Below are positions 1 to 11,034 of a stretch of DNA of 64,000 nt, in pieces. The position numbers were made by a program, and so were the translations under genes. Origin of the DNA: Octopus sinensis (Eukaryota); assembly GCF_006345805.1 (NCBI RefSeq), contig NC_043007.1, positions 71,610,001 through 71,674,000 on the forward strand. The letters run 5' to 3'. The notes under the pieces are model-generated. The model searched no databases, was not told where the DNA came from, and was given only the letters and a program-made list of their open reading frames with translations. Positions within the stretch are counted from its first letter, which is position 1; each line of letters opens with the position of its first letter.

Positions 1-137
1 TTAGCGGTTCGACAAAAGAGACCGATAGAATAAGTACTAGGCTTACAAAGAATAAGTCCTTGTGTCGATTTGTTCGACTAAAGGCGGTGCTCCAGCATGG
101 CCACAGTCAAATGACTGAAACAAGTAAAAGAGTAAAA
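1..137 (+). mobile_element. SINE family A, 3' end
   Basis: Reverse complement of the 3' part of the repeat at 2440-2832 and 37330-38072. Confidence 0.7.
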
Positions 138-175
138 GGGATTATGGATTTTCTCATTTCAGGTTGTCTTAATCA

Positions 176-176
<1 letters not shown>

Positions 177-207
<31 letters not shown>

Positions 208-237
208 AGCTGAAGCAATCACAACAACAACAACTGT
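177..237. repeat. (CAG/CAA)n trinucleotide repeat in CPQ intron
   Basis: cagcagcagcagcaacaacaacaacaacagcagcag...caacaacaacaac; source of the polyQ ORF 60..311. Confidence 0.85.
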
Positions 238-336
238 GGTCTTGGCTTGCCATAAGCTTTATCACTTGTTTTGTGGTACAAGTTATAATTTTACCTAATT
301 ATTTGGCTTAGTCGGGCAACAAATAAAGGTACTTAC

Positions 337-468
337 CAATTGAATTCTCAAGATTTTGAGACCCTGCTACTCTATTTCCAAACATATCAGTGAATTTAGC
401 CAGTCGGTTGTAAGACTGATTTTGGGCAGCACCATAGACGGCATATTGAATAATTTTGTCAGCAACAT
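337..468 (-). CDS. CPQ: Carboxypeptidase Q (plasma glutamate carboxypeptidase, M28) internal exon
   Basis: Minus strand ttcttatag|AT GTT...ATT G|gtaagt, 132 nt, phase 1-1. Encodes (D)VADKIIQYAVYGAAQNQSYNRLAKFTDMFGNRVAGSQNLENSI, which aligns by eye with vertebrate CPQ DVAKAIINLAVYGKAQNRSYERLALLVDTVGPRLSGSKNLEKAI. The gene continues off the left edge. Confidence 0.9.
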
Positions 469-1151
469 CTATAAGAACAGGAACAATAAAAATAAGTCAC
501 ATAGGACCTAGCATAAAAAAACCCAAAAAACTATTCCTTATTTCTGGTTATAATAATTCTCCGCTTTTATACTTGTCTAAATGTTTAGAAATAATTTGAG
601 AACTAGCATTATTTATTTGACAACTTATACCCTTGTGACAGTTACAATTATAATCAATACTATTTCAAGTAATATATTCAAAGGTACAATTATTATTAAA
701 TCTATAATTTTTGGCCTACTTGGAATTAATATCATACTTGTTTAACATTATATTATAATAATTAATATTCTTTTAAATTTAGAATCATTGTTGGTAACTA
801 TAATAGATGATAAATCAGGTGCAGCAGAATAAGAAAGTTTAACAGTGGCCATATTGAATATTTGGAAGTACTTATGTTGTGGTGGAAAATTGGCTTTAAG
901 AATTTTAAAGAATAAGTGCAATTTTCATTTTGACAGTCTGTATGCATGCGTGTGTGTGTATGTGTGTGTGTGTGTGTGCGTGTATGTGTTTATGCATGCA
1001 TGCAAACAAACAAATTGAATCCAAACAAAATATATTATGGTTAAAATACCAAATATATATATTCTACTACAAAACTTAGATTAACTGCCATAGAGAAGAA
1101 ATATTTCTATACATTATATTCTTATAATATTCTTACATACAATAGACATAC

Positions 1152-1223
1152 CTTTATATTTGCTAATTTCTTCATATATGTCAATAGGTGCTGTGACACA
1201 ACATTTCAAGGAAATAACAACGA
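1152..1223 (-). CDS. CPQ: CPQ upstream exon (end of signal peptide and mature N-terminus)
   Basis: Minus strand ttctattttcacacag|TC GTT...AAA G|gtatgt, 72 nt, phase 1-1. Encodes VVISLKCCVTAPIDIYEEISKYK and joins in frame to the 337-468 exon; IYEEISKYKDVA resembles CPQ IKEEIASCGDVA. Start codon exon not located. Confidence 0.8.
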
Positions 1224-1934
1224 CTGTGTGAAAATAGAAAAGAATATTTTAATGAAACAATCATAAAATGAAATTATTGAGTGAAAAAATTATATTCAAC
1301 TATTGATCATAGAATAACGGCCTTGTATTTAGTTTGTACATTTAGACAGAATAAACCAAGCTGAAGAATATATCTTGTCTTAAGTCACAACACAACAGCT
1401 CTGTATGTACATTTTCAACTTATGATTACATGGCCACCATTTTAGTATCTTAATCTCATTGATACTGAGCTGATAACTGGGCAATTATTATACAGTCAAC
1501 ATAGTAACACTCCCAATAAAAATTATCTTTACAGAACAATCCGAAGTCTGAATATGTTTCTCACAGAGTTTAATCATTTTTTTCTTACATGTTTAGAAAG
1601 GACATTGACAAACTTTACAGAGTGTATATAAGTGACACATCAACATATAGAGGAAATGTTATAAACATTTTAAATAAGTTTTTCTCTACTGAATGAGCAT
1701 CAACGATATTGATGTAGAAATAACTCCAACACACCATAAATATCCAGTATTTATTACAGGTCATAAAATTTGTCAGTATAAGAAGATATATCTTAAACCT
1801 AACTGCAAAATGAACAGTATCAGCATATCTCATATGAAATTTTCTATTGATGCCTTACCATAAGCATGATTTTTACAATATTTAATATACCTACAACTTC
1901 ATAGTATCAAAGAGTATTTCCAATCTTATATTAA

Positions 1935-2152
1935 CACTTTAGCATTCAGACTACTCTGCAAAATGCAATACTTATTTATTCACATTGTTTGGATTTAATC
2001 ATGCATTACCTTATAGCTTTAAGATATCAATGATCTAATCACTTATTTTTAGAATGACATTGTAGGGTTGGCATAAAAGGCTGGATCTGGCTTGTTTAAA
2101 TACAAACCAGGTAGAATTTTGGCCTGATATGGCCAGTGTAAATTCAAAAGGA
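1935..2152. mobile_element. TTAA-flanked MITE (piggyBac-like), diverged copy
   Basis: TTAA 1931-34 and 2153-56; degenerate CCCTTTAG termini; interior shared with 12743-12962 and 39171-39391. Confidence 0.65.
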
Positions 2153-2439
2153 TTAATACAAGTAGCAACAAGTGGTTCTAATAACAGAAGGAGAGGCCTT
2201 CTGAATCAGTCAAGTTCAAATTAGTATCAGTGAATTTAAAACTATGTACACTTTCTCACTCAGGTTGAGAGCATATTATTTGGTGGAGTAGATCTGGCAA
2301 TTTAAGTATGAAGCTGATGATATATACATTGGTCAAAATTATAATCCTTCTTATATTTAATTCACATGCTCTGTCCAGAGGTTGAAACACTAAAATTGTT
2401 TTTAAGAGCAAGCTAGAAATACATTCTTTTTTTTTTTGT

Positions 2440-2832
2440 TTTTTTATTTTATTTGTTTCAGTGATTAGACTGTGGCCATGCTGGGGCACCACCTTGAAGA
2501 ATTTTTAGTCAAATGTATCGACCCTGATACTTATTTTTTTTAAAGCCTGGTACTTATTCTATCGATCTCTTTTGCTGAACCACTAAGTTATGGAGATGTA
2601 AACACACCAGCACCAGTTGTCAAGCGATGGTGGGGATACAACACAGACACGAACACACATGCATATACAACAGGCTTCCTTCAGTTTCCGTTTATCAAAT
2701 CCACTCACAAGGCTTTGGTTGGCCAGAGGCTATAGTAGAAGACACTTGCATAAGGTGCCACACATTGGGATTGAACCTAGAACCATGAGGTTGAGAAGCA
2801 AGCTTCTTACCACACAGCCACAGCTGCACCTT
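2440..2832 (-). mobile_element. tRNA-derived SINE family A, full length
   Basis: On the minus strand an A-box-like TGGCTGTGTGGT and B-box-like GGTTCAATCCC head, (TG)n middle and simple tail; many copies in the window. Confidence 0.75.
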
Positions 2833-3469
2833 TAATTCAATGCTCTCTGATGCATTATATAATTTTCTTCATACCCTATATAAGGTTACAGTCTGTATGC
2901 AGTGACGAATGTCTATAATAAAAAGTACATAATAGTTTATAAAAATAATTAAACATATAAAATACCCCTTTTCCTTTTTATACAAATAAATATTCTTGTG
3001 ATTTTATAGAATGGAACACTTGTAAAAAACTTATTTTTTCTTTGGAAAAATGTTTGTTTTTGTGAATAAAAATACATAATATTCTGATTTTAAAATAAAA
3101 ATAATTTATGTTTACTCAACCAAAATTTAATAATCAATGTGTCTGATGTGATTACCTTGATTTAAATCTTATTAATCCTACAGTTAGTAAGCTTTTTCAG
3201 TAATGCAGATTCTAATTCCCAAATTAGTACAAATAAAAATTCATTGTTGTTGAATTGAATTATTACATTCAGCTTTAATTTAATTATCTGCAATGAATTT
3301 TCCATATAAAGTTCAGCCCTAGAAATAATGTGAATTGTCTCAAAATCTGAACTATAAATTTGGGAGAAAGATTTTGATTAATTTAGCAGAATGAACAAAA
3401 ACCATTATTACACTGGTTTTCTGTGATGTTTGCTGTTATATAAATCTTATTGGTTGGAAGCAATATATA

Positions 3470-3830
3470 TTCATCATCATCATCATCGTTTAACGTCCGT
3501 TTTTCGTGCTAGCATGGGTTGGATGGTTCGACCAGGGTCTGGGAAGCCAGGAGGCTCCAGTCTGATCTGGCAGTGTTTCTTCAGCTGGATGCCCTTCCTA
3601 ACGCCAACCACTCCGTGAGTGTAGTGGGTGCTTTTTACATGCCAGGGGAGGTTGGCAGCGGACACGATCAGTTGGTGCTTTTTATGTGCCACTGGCACAG
3701 AAGCCAGTTAAGGTGGTGCTGGCCTCGGCCACATTTGGATCACAACTACAATTTCCATTTGATATTTATTTTGATGTCGATGTACTTGACTCAATAGGTC
3801 TCTTCAAGCACAGCAGGTCACGTGCCACCA
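3470..3830 (-). mobile_element. RTE-tail repeat family C
   Basis: (CAT)n-cgtttaacgtccg-catgctagcatgggttgg signature shared with more than 10 copies. Confidence 0.7.
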
Positions 3831-3958
3831 ACACAGAAGCCAGTCATTATATATATATTATTTTATATATATCATATTTTGCATACCTAACTATATAATA
3901 AATACAAGGTTATACCAGAAATAACGTAAAAGTGACATAACATTCTTTTATTTAACAT

Positions 3959-4262
3959 TGTTGTTTGTTCCTTCATGAGCCACGCCTGGCTCATAAGGGC
4001 TGGTTTCCTGGTTTCCTTGGTGTATAGGTTCCCCACCTGGATAGGATGCTGGTCCGTCGCAGGTGAGCTGCAAGATGCAGGAGGAAAGAGTAAGAGAAAT
4101 TTGTGGCGAAAGAGTCAGCAGAAGTTCGCCATTACCTTCTGCCGGAGCCGCGTGGAGCTTAGGTGTTTTGCTCATAAACACACACATCGCCTGGTCTGAG
4201 ATTTGAACTTGCGATCCCTCGACCGCAAGTCTGCTGCTCAAACCGCTAGGCCATGTGCCTCC
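3959..4262 (-). mobile_element. tRNA-derived SINE family B (V-domain-like) with 12-bp TSD
   Basis: TSD tttatttaacat at 3947-3958 and 4263-4274; reverse complement of 8802-9110. Confidence 0.85.
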
Positions 4263-4279
4263 TTTATTTAACATAGGTC

Positions 4280-4730
4280 ATTCAACTTGCTTCCATTGAC
4301 AGAGTAACTCTTCCTCTATACGAAAGTTATATTCAATATAGTCTCCATCACAAGTGATGCATCTGCATCATTGTTGAACTCAACTCTTGAATTGTCTGTG
4401 AAAAAATTCAAGTGTGTACTATTGTGTCCAATTTTTCACAGCTGTTTTCTGTGTCATTGATTTGTTGCCCACAAATTCATTTTGTTCTTCTTTCACATTT
4501 GTTTTATTGGGAAATCTTAATGATTCGTTTGTGAATGTGACACTTGTTATTTTTAACTGTAAAACTAATTAAAGATTTATTTCTTTATGGAGGAGTTTCT
4601 GATAATGTATCTGGTATTTCAGGGTTGAGTGACTTTTTTTAATGTATTGGAATTTTCTTTTTTGTCAACAGTAAAGGTTTCTTTATGGAGTGTAAAACTT
4701 GGGGTATCTTCTTGTTTTGTTTTTTTTAAA
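4280..4730 (-). mobile_element. Possible highly decayed Penelope-like endonuclease relic
   Basis: Minus-strand fragment CRCITCDGDYIE resembles the CxxC...YIG part of PLE GIY-YIG; many stops. Confidence 0.3.
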
Positions 4731-5338
4731 TTTTATTTGTTTTGGTGATTAGACTGTGGCCATGCTGGGGCACAACAGTGAAGAATTTTTAGTCAAATGT
4801 ATCGACCCTGGTACTTATTCTATCAATCTCTTTTGCTGAACCACTAAGTTATGGAGATGTAAACACACCAGCACCAGTTGTCAAGCGATGGTGGGGGTAC
4901 AACACAGACACAAACACACACACATATACACACACACACAAATACAAGTTGCCTGTTTAACTAATTAATAAATTTTTGCTAATTTCATTGGAGAGCAAAT
5001 GCTTTTGAATTATAAGCCTTTGCATGTATTTGTGTATATATGTGTTGTGGTTAGGTTTGTTTATTATCTTATATATTGATATGGTTCAGTAATTTTCACT
5101 ATGCATGTGAATATCATGACTGGCTGCTTATTACTAATAGGTATTTTGTTTTGGTCAATTTTGAAAGATGTTTTATGGGGTAGGGCGTTCAGTGTAGCTT
5201 TCTGAAACTGTCTTTTAAACTAATTAAGAATTTTTGTTTGGTTTTTTTCATTGGAGAACAAGTATTTTGGTGTTATAGATATTTAAGTGTGCTTGTGTGC
5301 ATGTTTCCATAGATAAATTTATTGTTATACTGTAAAAT

Positions 5339-5640
5339 TCATCATCATCATCATCATCGTTTAGCGTCCGCTTTCCATGCTAGCATGGGTTGGACGGTTC
5401 TACTGGGGTTTGTGAAGCCAGAAGGCTTCATCAGGCCCAGTCAAATCTGGCAGTGTTTCTACGGCTGGATGCCCTTCCTAACGCCAACCACTCCGTGAGT
5501 GTAGTGGGTGCTTTTTACGTGCCACCTGCACAGGTGCCAGACAGAGCTGGCAAACGGCCACGAACGGATGGTGCTTTTTATGTGCCACCGGCACGAGGGC
5601 CAGGCGAGGCTGGCAACGGACATGAACGGCCTCGCCGGTA
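5339..5640 (-). mobile_element. RTE-tail repeat family C
   Basis: Same signature as 3470-3830, with gtgccacc/ggcac internal modules. Confidence 0.7.
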
Positions 5641-5650
5641 TATTTGTGCA

Positions 5651-5687
<37 letters not shown>

Positions 5688-6229
5688 CATTTATCTTTGT
5701 GCATGTATGTGAGTTTAATTTGATCAGCTGTTTCTTGTTTCATTTTTGAGGATGAAGTTTAGGCCACTTGGTGGTTTGTTTCACTTCTGAGGGTGAAGTT
5801 TAGGCCACTTAGTAGCTGTCTTATCCACTTTGAGTTCAGACCATTTTTTGAAGATGAATATACATCTATTGTCTGCTATATGTTATGATTTCAATTCCTC
5901 TTGTTTAGGGAGCATGTGTTTTGTGTGATTATGTGATACTTTATTTTCTGGTGTACAGGAGGGAAATTCAGGAACCATTAATGTATGATTATGTATTATT
6001 TTACATTTTATATAAATGATTATTTTCTTTTAACTGTCAGATGCGTTTGGAAAGATGTGTTTCTTTTGTATATATTCCAAAATATGTTTTGGGCATTGTG
6101 GGTATTTACATTTGAAGATTCTACCAGTCACACCAGTGTAGATTTTTTTAAATCCATCATGTTGCTTAGTAGACACAGGTGCATGCACACATGCACACAT
6201 GCACATGCACACACACACATATACACACA

Positions 6230-6862
6230 CATCATCATCATCATCGCTTAACGTCCACTTTCCATGCTAGCATGGGTTGGACGATTTTGACTGAGAGCTG
6301 GTGAACCAGATGGCTGCACCAGGCTCCAATCTTGATCTGGCAGAGCTTCTACAGCTGGATGCCCTTCCTAATGCCAACCACTCCGAGAGTGTAGTGGGTG
6401 CTTTTACATGCCACCGGCACGGGGGCCAGTCAGGTGGTACTAGCAATGACCTCACTCGAATCTTTTTGCACATGCCACCAGCACAGGTGCCAGTAAGGCG
6501 ATGCTGGTAACGATCGCACTTGAATGGTGCCTTTTATGTGCCACTGGCACGGAATTCGGTTAGCCGCTCTGTCAACGATCACACTCATATGGTGCTCTGT
6601 GCACCCCGCTAGCACGGATGCCAGTCATCGAATTTGATTTTGATTTTGATTTCACTTGCCTCAACAGGTCTTCGCAAGCAGAGTTTTAGTGTCCAAAGAA
6701 GGAAAAGGTATGCATAAGTGGGCTGGTTACGCTCCTGGCATAGGCCACGAGGTTATGGTCTCATTTGGCTTCCCGGGTCTCTCAAGCACAGCATATTTCC
6801 AAAAGTCTCGGTCACTAGTCATTTCCTTGGTGACTAGTGACCAAGACTTTTGGAAATATGCT
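6230..6862 (-). mobile_element. RTE-tail repeat family C, long copy ending in a fold-back
   Basis: Family C signature; 32-bp inverted arms at 6790-6821 and 6831-6862. Confidence 0.7.
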
Positions 6863-7228
6863 AAATATATATATATGGAGGCATAAAATGAGGAAGGAAA
6901 GTCATGACAGCAGTATGTATTGAGAAATGTGTAAATGGACTTGATAGATTACTGGGTGATGTCTTAGAGAAATCACATTATTGTTGGTGATACAGCATTC
7001 TGTTGCAGCTATATGACATGTGTTTGTGACTAAGTGACATGTGATGACAATTCACTCCCGAACTGAAAGAGGTTCTCAGCCTCTGTATCATGAGTGGTTA
7101 TGTGACCCACTCGTAATGAAAGCCAGAGCTTCCTTTGACCACTGCATAAAAAGTATTAAGAAAAAATGTAATTTAGATATACTTTTATTTTAGTTGTTTA
7201 CACTATTTTATGCTTGTTTATTGTCTTA

Positions 7229-8681
7229 CACAATGAACTGCAAAAGAAATGCAAATTTTTTCAAATGTCATTTTTGTATGGTAAATTCTGAAAATTTATT
7301 TTGCGGGTGTAAAAGTAAATATTCCAAGATATGTTGGTTTATGGCTGAGGCCCAAATTGCAGGTAACTTGTCAACCATCCCTGAAATGAGATGCCAAAAC
7401 ACAGCTGCATTGAATGCTGTGGGTGGCAGTCGCAAACAATTGTCATGAAAACCGAAATGCACAAGCATCTCGTGGAGGTTATGGGTTTAAAAATCAACTT
7501 GAACTGCGTTCCTGGCATTTGTAATTTGGATGCATCAGGTAAGCTTATAATGTCCATGTCAGCACTATCTATTGCCTGTAATAGGGATACAACAATACCA
7601 ACAGCACTGCAGACCATGCCTGCAGAGGGCGCCCCCAGGTGACCATACTCAGGCAGGACCATTTCATCCACCTGCAACACCTCCATGATCACTTCAAACC
7701 AGCCAACGTGATAACTCGAGAGATGATTGGCACTGCACAGTGACCCATCAGCAATGACATGGTTTGATGTCAAGTGGCCCGTGTTGCCATCATCCTGCTT
7801 GAGGGCCTGTCCTCACCACCCATCACCATCAGGCATGACTACAGTAGGCTACACAGCACTGACATTGGTGACATCAACAATGGAGGTCGACAGTCTTCTC
7901 TAACGAGAACTGGTACTGTGTTGCCACCTCAGATGGTAGAGTGAGGGTGTTGTGTAGGAGGGGTGAATGCTACAGAGACACATGTGTCACGGAGAGAGAA
8001 ACATGGGGTGGCCAAAGCATCATGGTTTGGGGTGTTATAGACCTGAATCAGAGAATTGGGCCTTTTGTATTCCAAAATGTTGGTGCAGGCAGAGGGAATG
8101 GCATCACAGCGCAGCGCAACGTTGACCAGATCCTAAGACCTAAGATCATACCCTTCTTCATGCATCACCATAGCCATGTGTTCCAGCAGCACAATGCTCC
8201 CTCCCATATGGATAGGGTCACGATAGACTTCCTGCATCAGTACAGTGTCAGAACCGCACCGTAGTCAGCTCTCAGCCCGGATTTGAACCCAACCGAATAC
8301 CTAAGGAATGAAATCCAGAGATGGCTGAACCAGGTGGTCCCAAGGCCAACAACGCATGTGGAACTGGAGGCAGCTTTCCTCAGGGTGTGGGCACAGGTGC
8401 CAATGGCTTTTGTGAACTGTTTCATGCAGTCCATGTACCGATGGTGTATGGCTGTCTTGAACACCTAAGGAGGACATATACAGTATTGAACATGTCACAC
8501 CCTACAATCTCGATGTGCTGGATCCACCCATTACCAGAACACATGACAACGACCCATAGACTGTGGTCAAAGTGCATCCATGAAACTGACTTTATCAGAT
8601 TTATTCAAATTTATCTCTGACATAATGAAATTAAAACATATTTCACAGTCACACACGTCTTGCCTTTCTTTTGCGGTTGTG
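7229..8681 (+). mobile_element. Tc1-family DNA transposon, degenerate full length
   Basis: TA flanks (7227-28, 8682-83); imperfect TIRs CACAA..C(C/T)GCAAAAGAAA.GCAA. Broken transposase with GRPQVT, GGQSIMVWGVI, FQQHNAPSH and NPTEYL motifs (ORFs 7941-8264, 8283-8468). Confidence 0.88.
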
Positions 8682-8801
8682 TACATTCAAAGTTCACAAA
8701 TTTCCTTATTTAGATTATGAATGATATTCCTTTCGAAAATATGATTACGAAACTTCTTTGTAGATGATATTTTCTGTTTGGTCGACACTAATTTTCAAAT
8801 C

Positions 8802-9110
8802 GTGGAGGCACATGGCCTAGTGGTTAGAGCAGCGGACTCGCGGTCGAGGTATCGTGGGTTCGAATCTCAGATCGGGCGATGTGTGTGTTTATGAGCAAAA
8901 CACCTAAGCTCCATGTAGCTCCAGCAGAATGTAATGGTGAACTTCTGCTGACTCTTTCGCCACAACTTTCTCTCACTCTTTCCTCCTGCATCTTGCAGCT
9001 CACCTGCGACGGAACGGCGTCCCGTCCAGGTGGGGAACCTATACGCCAAGGAAACCGGGAAACTGGCCCTTTTGAGCCAGGCGGGGCTCGAGAAGGAACA
9101 AACAACAACA
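8802..9110 (+). mobile_element. tRNA-derived SINE family B (V-domain-like) with TSD
   Basis: A box TGGCCTAGTGG, B box GGTTCGAATC, CCTGCGACGGAACGGCGTCCCGTCCAGG core, (AAC)n tail; TSD attttcaaatc at 8791-8801 and 9111-9121. Confidence 0.88.
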
Positions 9111-9285
9111 ATTTTCAAATCCCTGGAGTCCGTTGCTCTACTCATAGCGATGTATAACTGGCAGTGTGTAAACATCGGAGTGGGTAAAAATACACCTACA
9201 CGATCTAAAGCGTGGCCCTGTGCCTTGTTTGCTGTGAATGTGTGAGCGAAATCTTGAGGGTTACAAAAAACAAACTAAGACTTAC

Positions 9286-9340
9286 CGCTCACTGTTCTAT
9301 GCAAATAATGTCCGGATGTTCCGGTAGCGTGTGTTATTTT
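9286..9340 (-). promoter_or_regulatory. Candidate CPQ promoter and non-coding first exon
   Basis: Minus-strand donor GAGCG|gtaagt at 9286/9285. ETS-type CCGGATGT at 9312-9319 beside an inverted CCGGAA; locally CpG-retaining. No in-frame ATG, so non-coding if real. Confidence 0.3.
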
Positions 9341-9974
9341 GATTGACAAAACTGAGATGTAAACAACAGCCACTTAGATTAGCCATTTCGAATCCTGCTC
9401 AAGACTGACACACTTCAATAACTACTAAGTAATCACACACTTTATATACTGACACACACTTTTCCCATTTTATTTTCGCTAGTAACCGTCCTCGCAACCC
9501 CCTTCATATCTACGATGAGCCCATGAACTATACGATGAAAATCCAGAGTTAATCCTTATCACCGGAATTTTAACAAAAAAAATCAAAGGTGATTTATTAA
9601 TACAAAACCCAATATCTACTAAATAATCATACCTTTTCACATATTTTCCACTAAAAACCTTCCTGATTACCTTTTCATAATCCTGAAAAACATGGTGGCC
9701 ATTGGTCTAGCCGTTGGACCATGAAGCGGAAACGGACAGACAGATGGACATAACACTTATAGTAACACACACATACATATACGATGGCCTTCTTTCAGTT
9801 TACGTCAACCAAATCCACTCACAAGGCTTTGGTCAGCCCAAGGCTATAGTAAAAGACAATTGCCCAAACAAATTTTCCGGACGCAAGACATGAGTCTAGG
9901 CAAAATATCATCTATCTTAATGCAAAACTGTAGCCGACAGCTTGGAGCAGACATAAATACATTCAGTACTGTTT

Positions 9975-10225
9975 TTTGTGTGTGTGTGTGTTGTGTGCGT
10001 GCGTTTGACCCAACTACTGCTTGGCAATCAGTGTTGGCGTGTTTACAACTCTGTAACTTAGCAGTTCAGCCAAAGATATCAATAAAATTTTTGTACCAGG
10101 CTTCAAGAAAAAAAAAAAGTACTGGAGTCGATTCATTCAGCTAAAAATTCTTCGAAACAGTGCCCCAGCATGGACGCAGTCTAATGACTGGAACAAGTAA
10201 AAGACAAAAAGATAAAAAATAAAAA
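9975..10225 (+). mobile_element. SINE family A, 3' half
   Basis: Similar to 1-137 and to the reverse complement of 2440-2640. Confidence 0.6.
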
Positions 10226-10368
10226 AAACATATATGGAAAGCTTGAAATGAGGAGTAGATAGACAACCGACAACTGATGAAGGGCCGTTCTCTGTGTCTG
10301 TGTATTTAACACATTTGTTTTTGTACTTTATGTTGTTTACACAGTTGGTGATGTCCTGTACCCGCATA

Positions 10369-10405
<37 letters not shown>

Positions 10406-10429
10406 AATTAATATATAAGTTCCATTCTA

Positions 10430-10481
10430 GCAAAAACTGTCTGATGAACGGCAACGAGAAACTCAGAGTAACAGATTTTGT
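10430..10481 (+). ncRNA. Minimal type I hammerhead ribozyme motif
   Basis: Stem I GCAAAAACTGT/ACAGATTTTGT; core CTGATGA 10441-47; stem II CG-GCAA-CG; GAAA 10458-61; stem III ACT-CAG-AGT; GUA cleavage triplet 10468-70. One defect: A.A mismatch at the base of stem II. Confidence 0.72.
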
Positions 10482-10601
10482 TGAATTTTCTGCTGCTTAA
10501 AATAAAGCATATTACTCTACCACTGGTATTTGAGTACTCTTTTTTCCACCTTGTTTCACATTTATGTGTTTACTCCGGTATATATATATATATATATATA
10601 T

Positions 10602-11034
10602 GGATCTTTTCGGTTTGACCGGCAGTTTTTTAAAATAATTTCCACATAACTAAACACTGTTAAACTTCGTATACTGGTAGAATGTGTTTATAAAACATCT
10701 TTTTCTCTTGGCTTTATTGAGAAAATTCTATAGTTTGTAAGATATTTGTTGGTTTTTTTCTTCAATTTCTGCAATTTCAACCAATCAATGATATCTATTG
10801 AGGTGAAAACATTCTGTGCTGTATGAATATGTCCCTCGTTTAAGAAACAGATTGGGTTTATTTACTTTTCTGAAGAAAAAAAGATACCCTTCCCTCCACC
10901 CCTAACCCTAACTATCTCTAACTCTAACCCTAAAACAGATTGAAATGCAATAGATCGATACTAGGGTCATAATTATGGGTAACAATTTCATATGACACCG
11001 TTAGAAAAAACTGCCGTTCAAACCGAAAAGATCC
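10602..11034. mobile_element. MITE with GGATCTTTTCGGTTTGA.CGGCAGTTTTT TIRs (copy 1)
   Basis: ~28-bp TIRs; inserted in (TA)n; reverse complement of the copies at 15823 and 16646. Confidence 0.85.

Noticed and set aside
60-311. PolyQ ORF
   Set aside because: Starts in a SINE and runs through a CAG/CAA microsatellite, antisense in a CPQ intron.
5985-6251. Possible plus-strand exon after an acceptor-like site at 6040
   Set aside because: No recognisable homology and no partner exons.
8804-8875. tRNA gene (also 38283-38345)
   Set aside because: A/B boxes run into a SINE body; 8804 also has a tail and TSD; no complete cloverleaf seen.
9479-9770. Possible fourth short Helitron
   Set aside because: CTAG and cagacaga motifs present, but the A^T target and hairpin are not clear.
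10268-10295. Second CTGATGA upstream of the hammerhead
   Set aside because: No stem II-GAAA-stem III follows.
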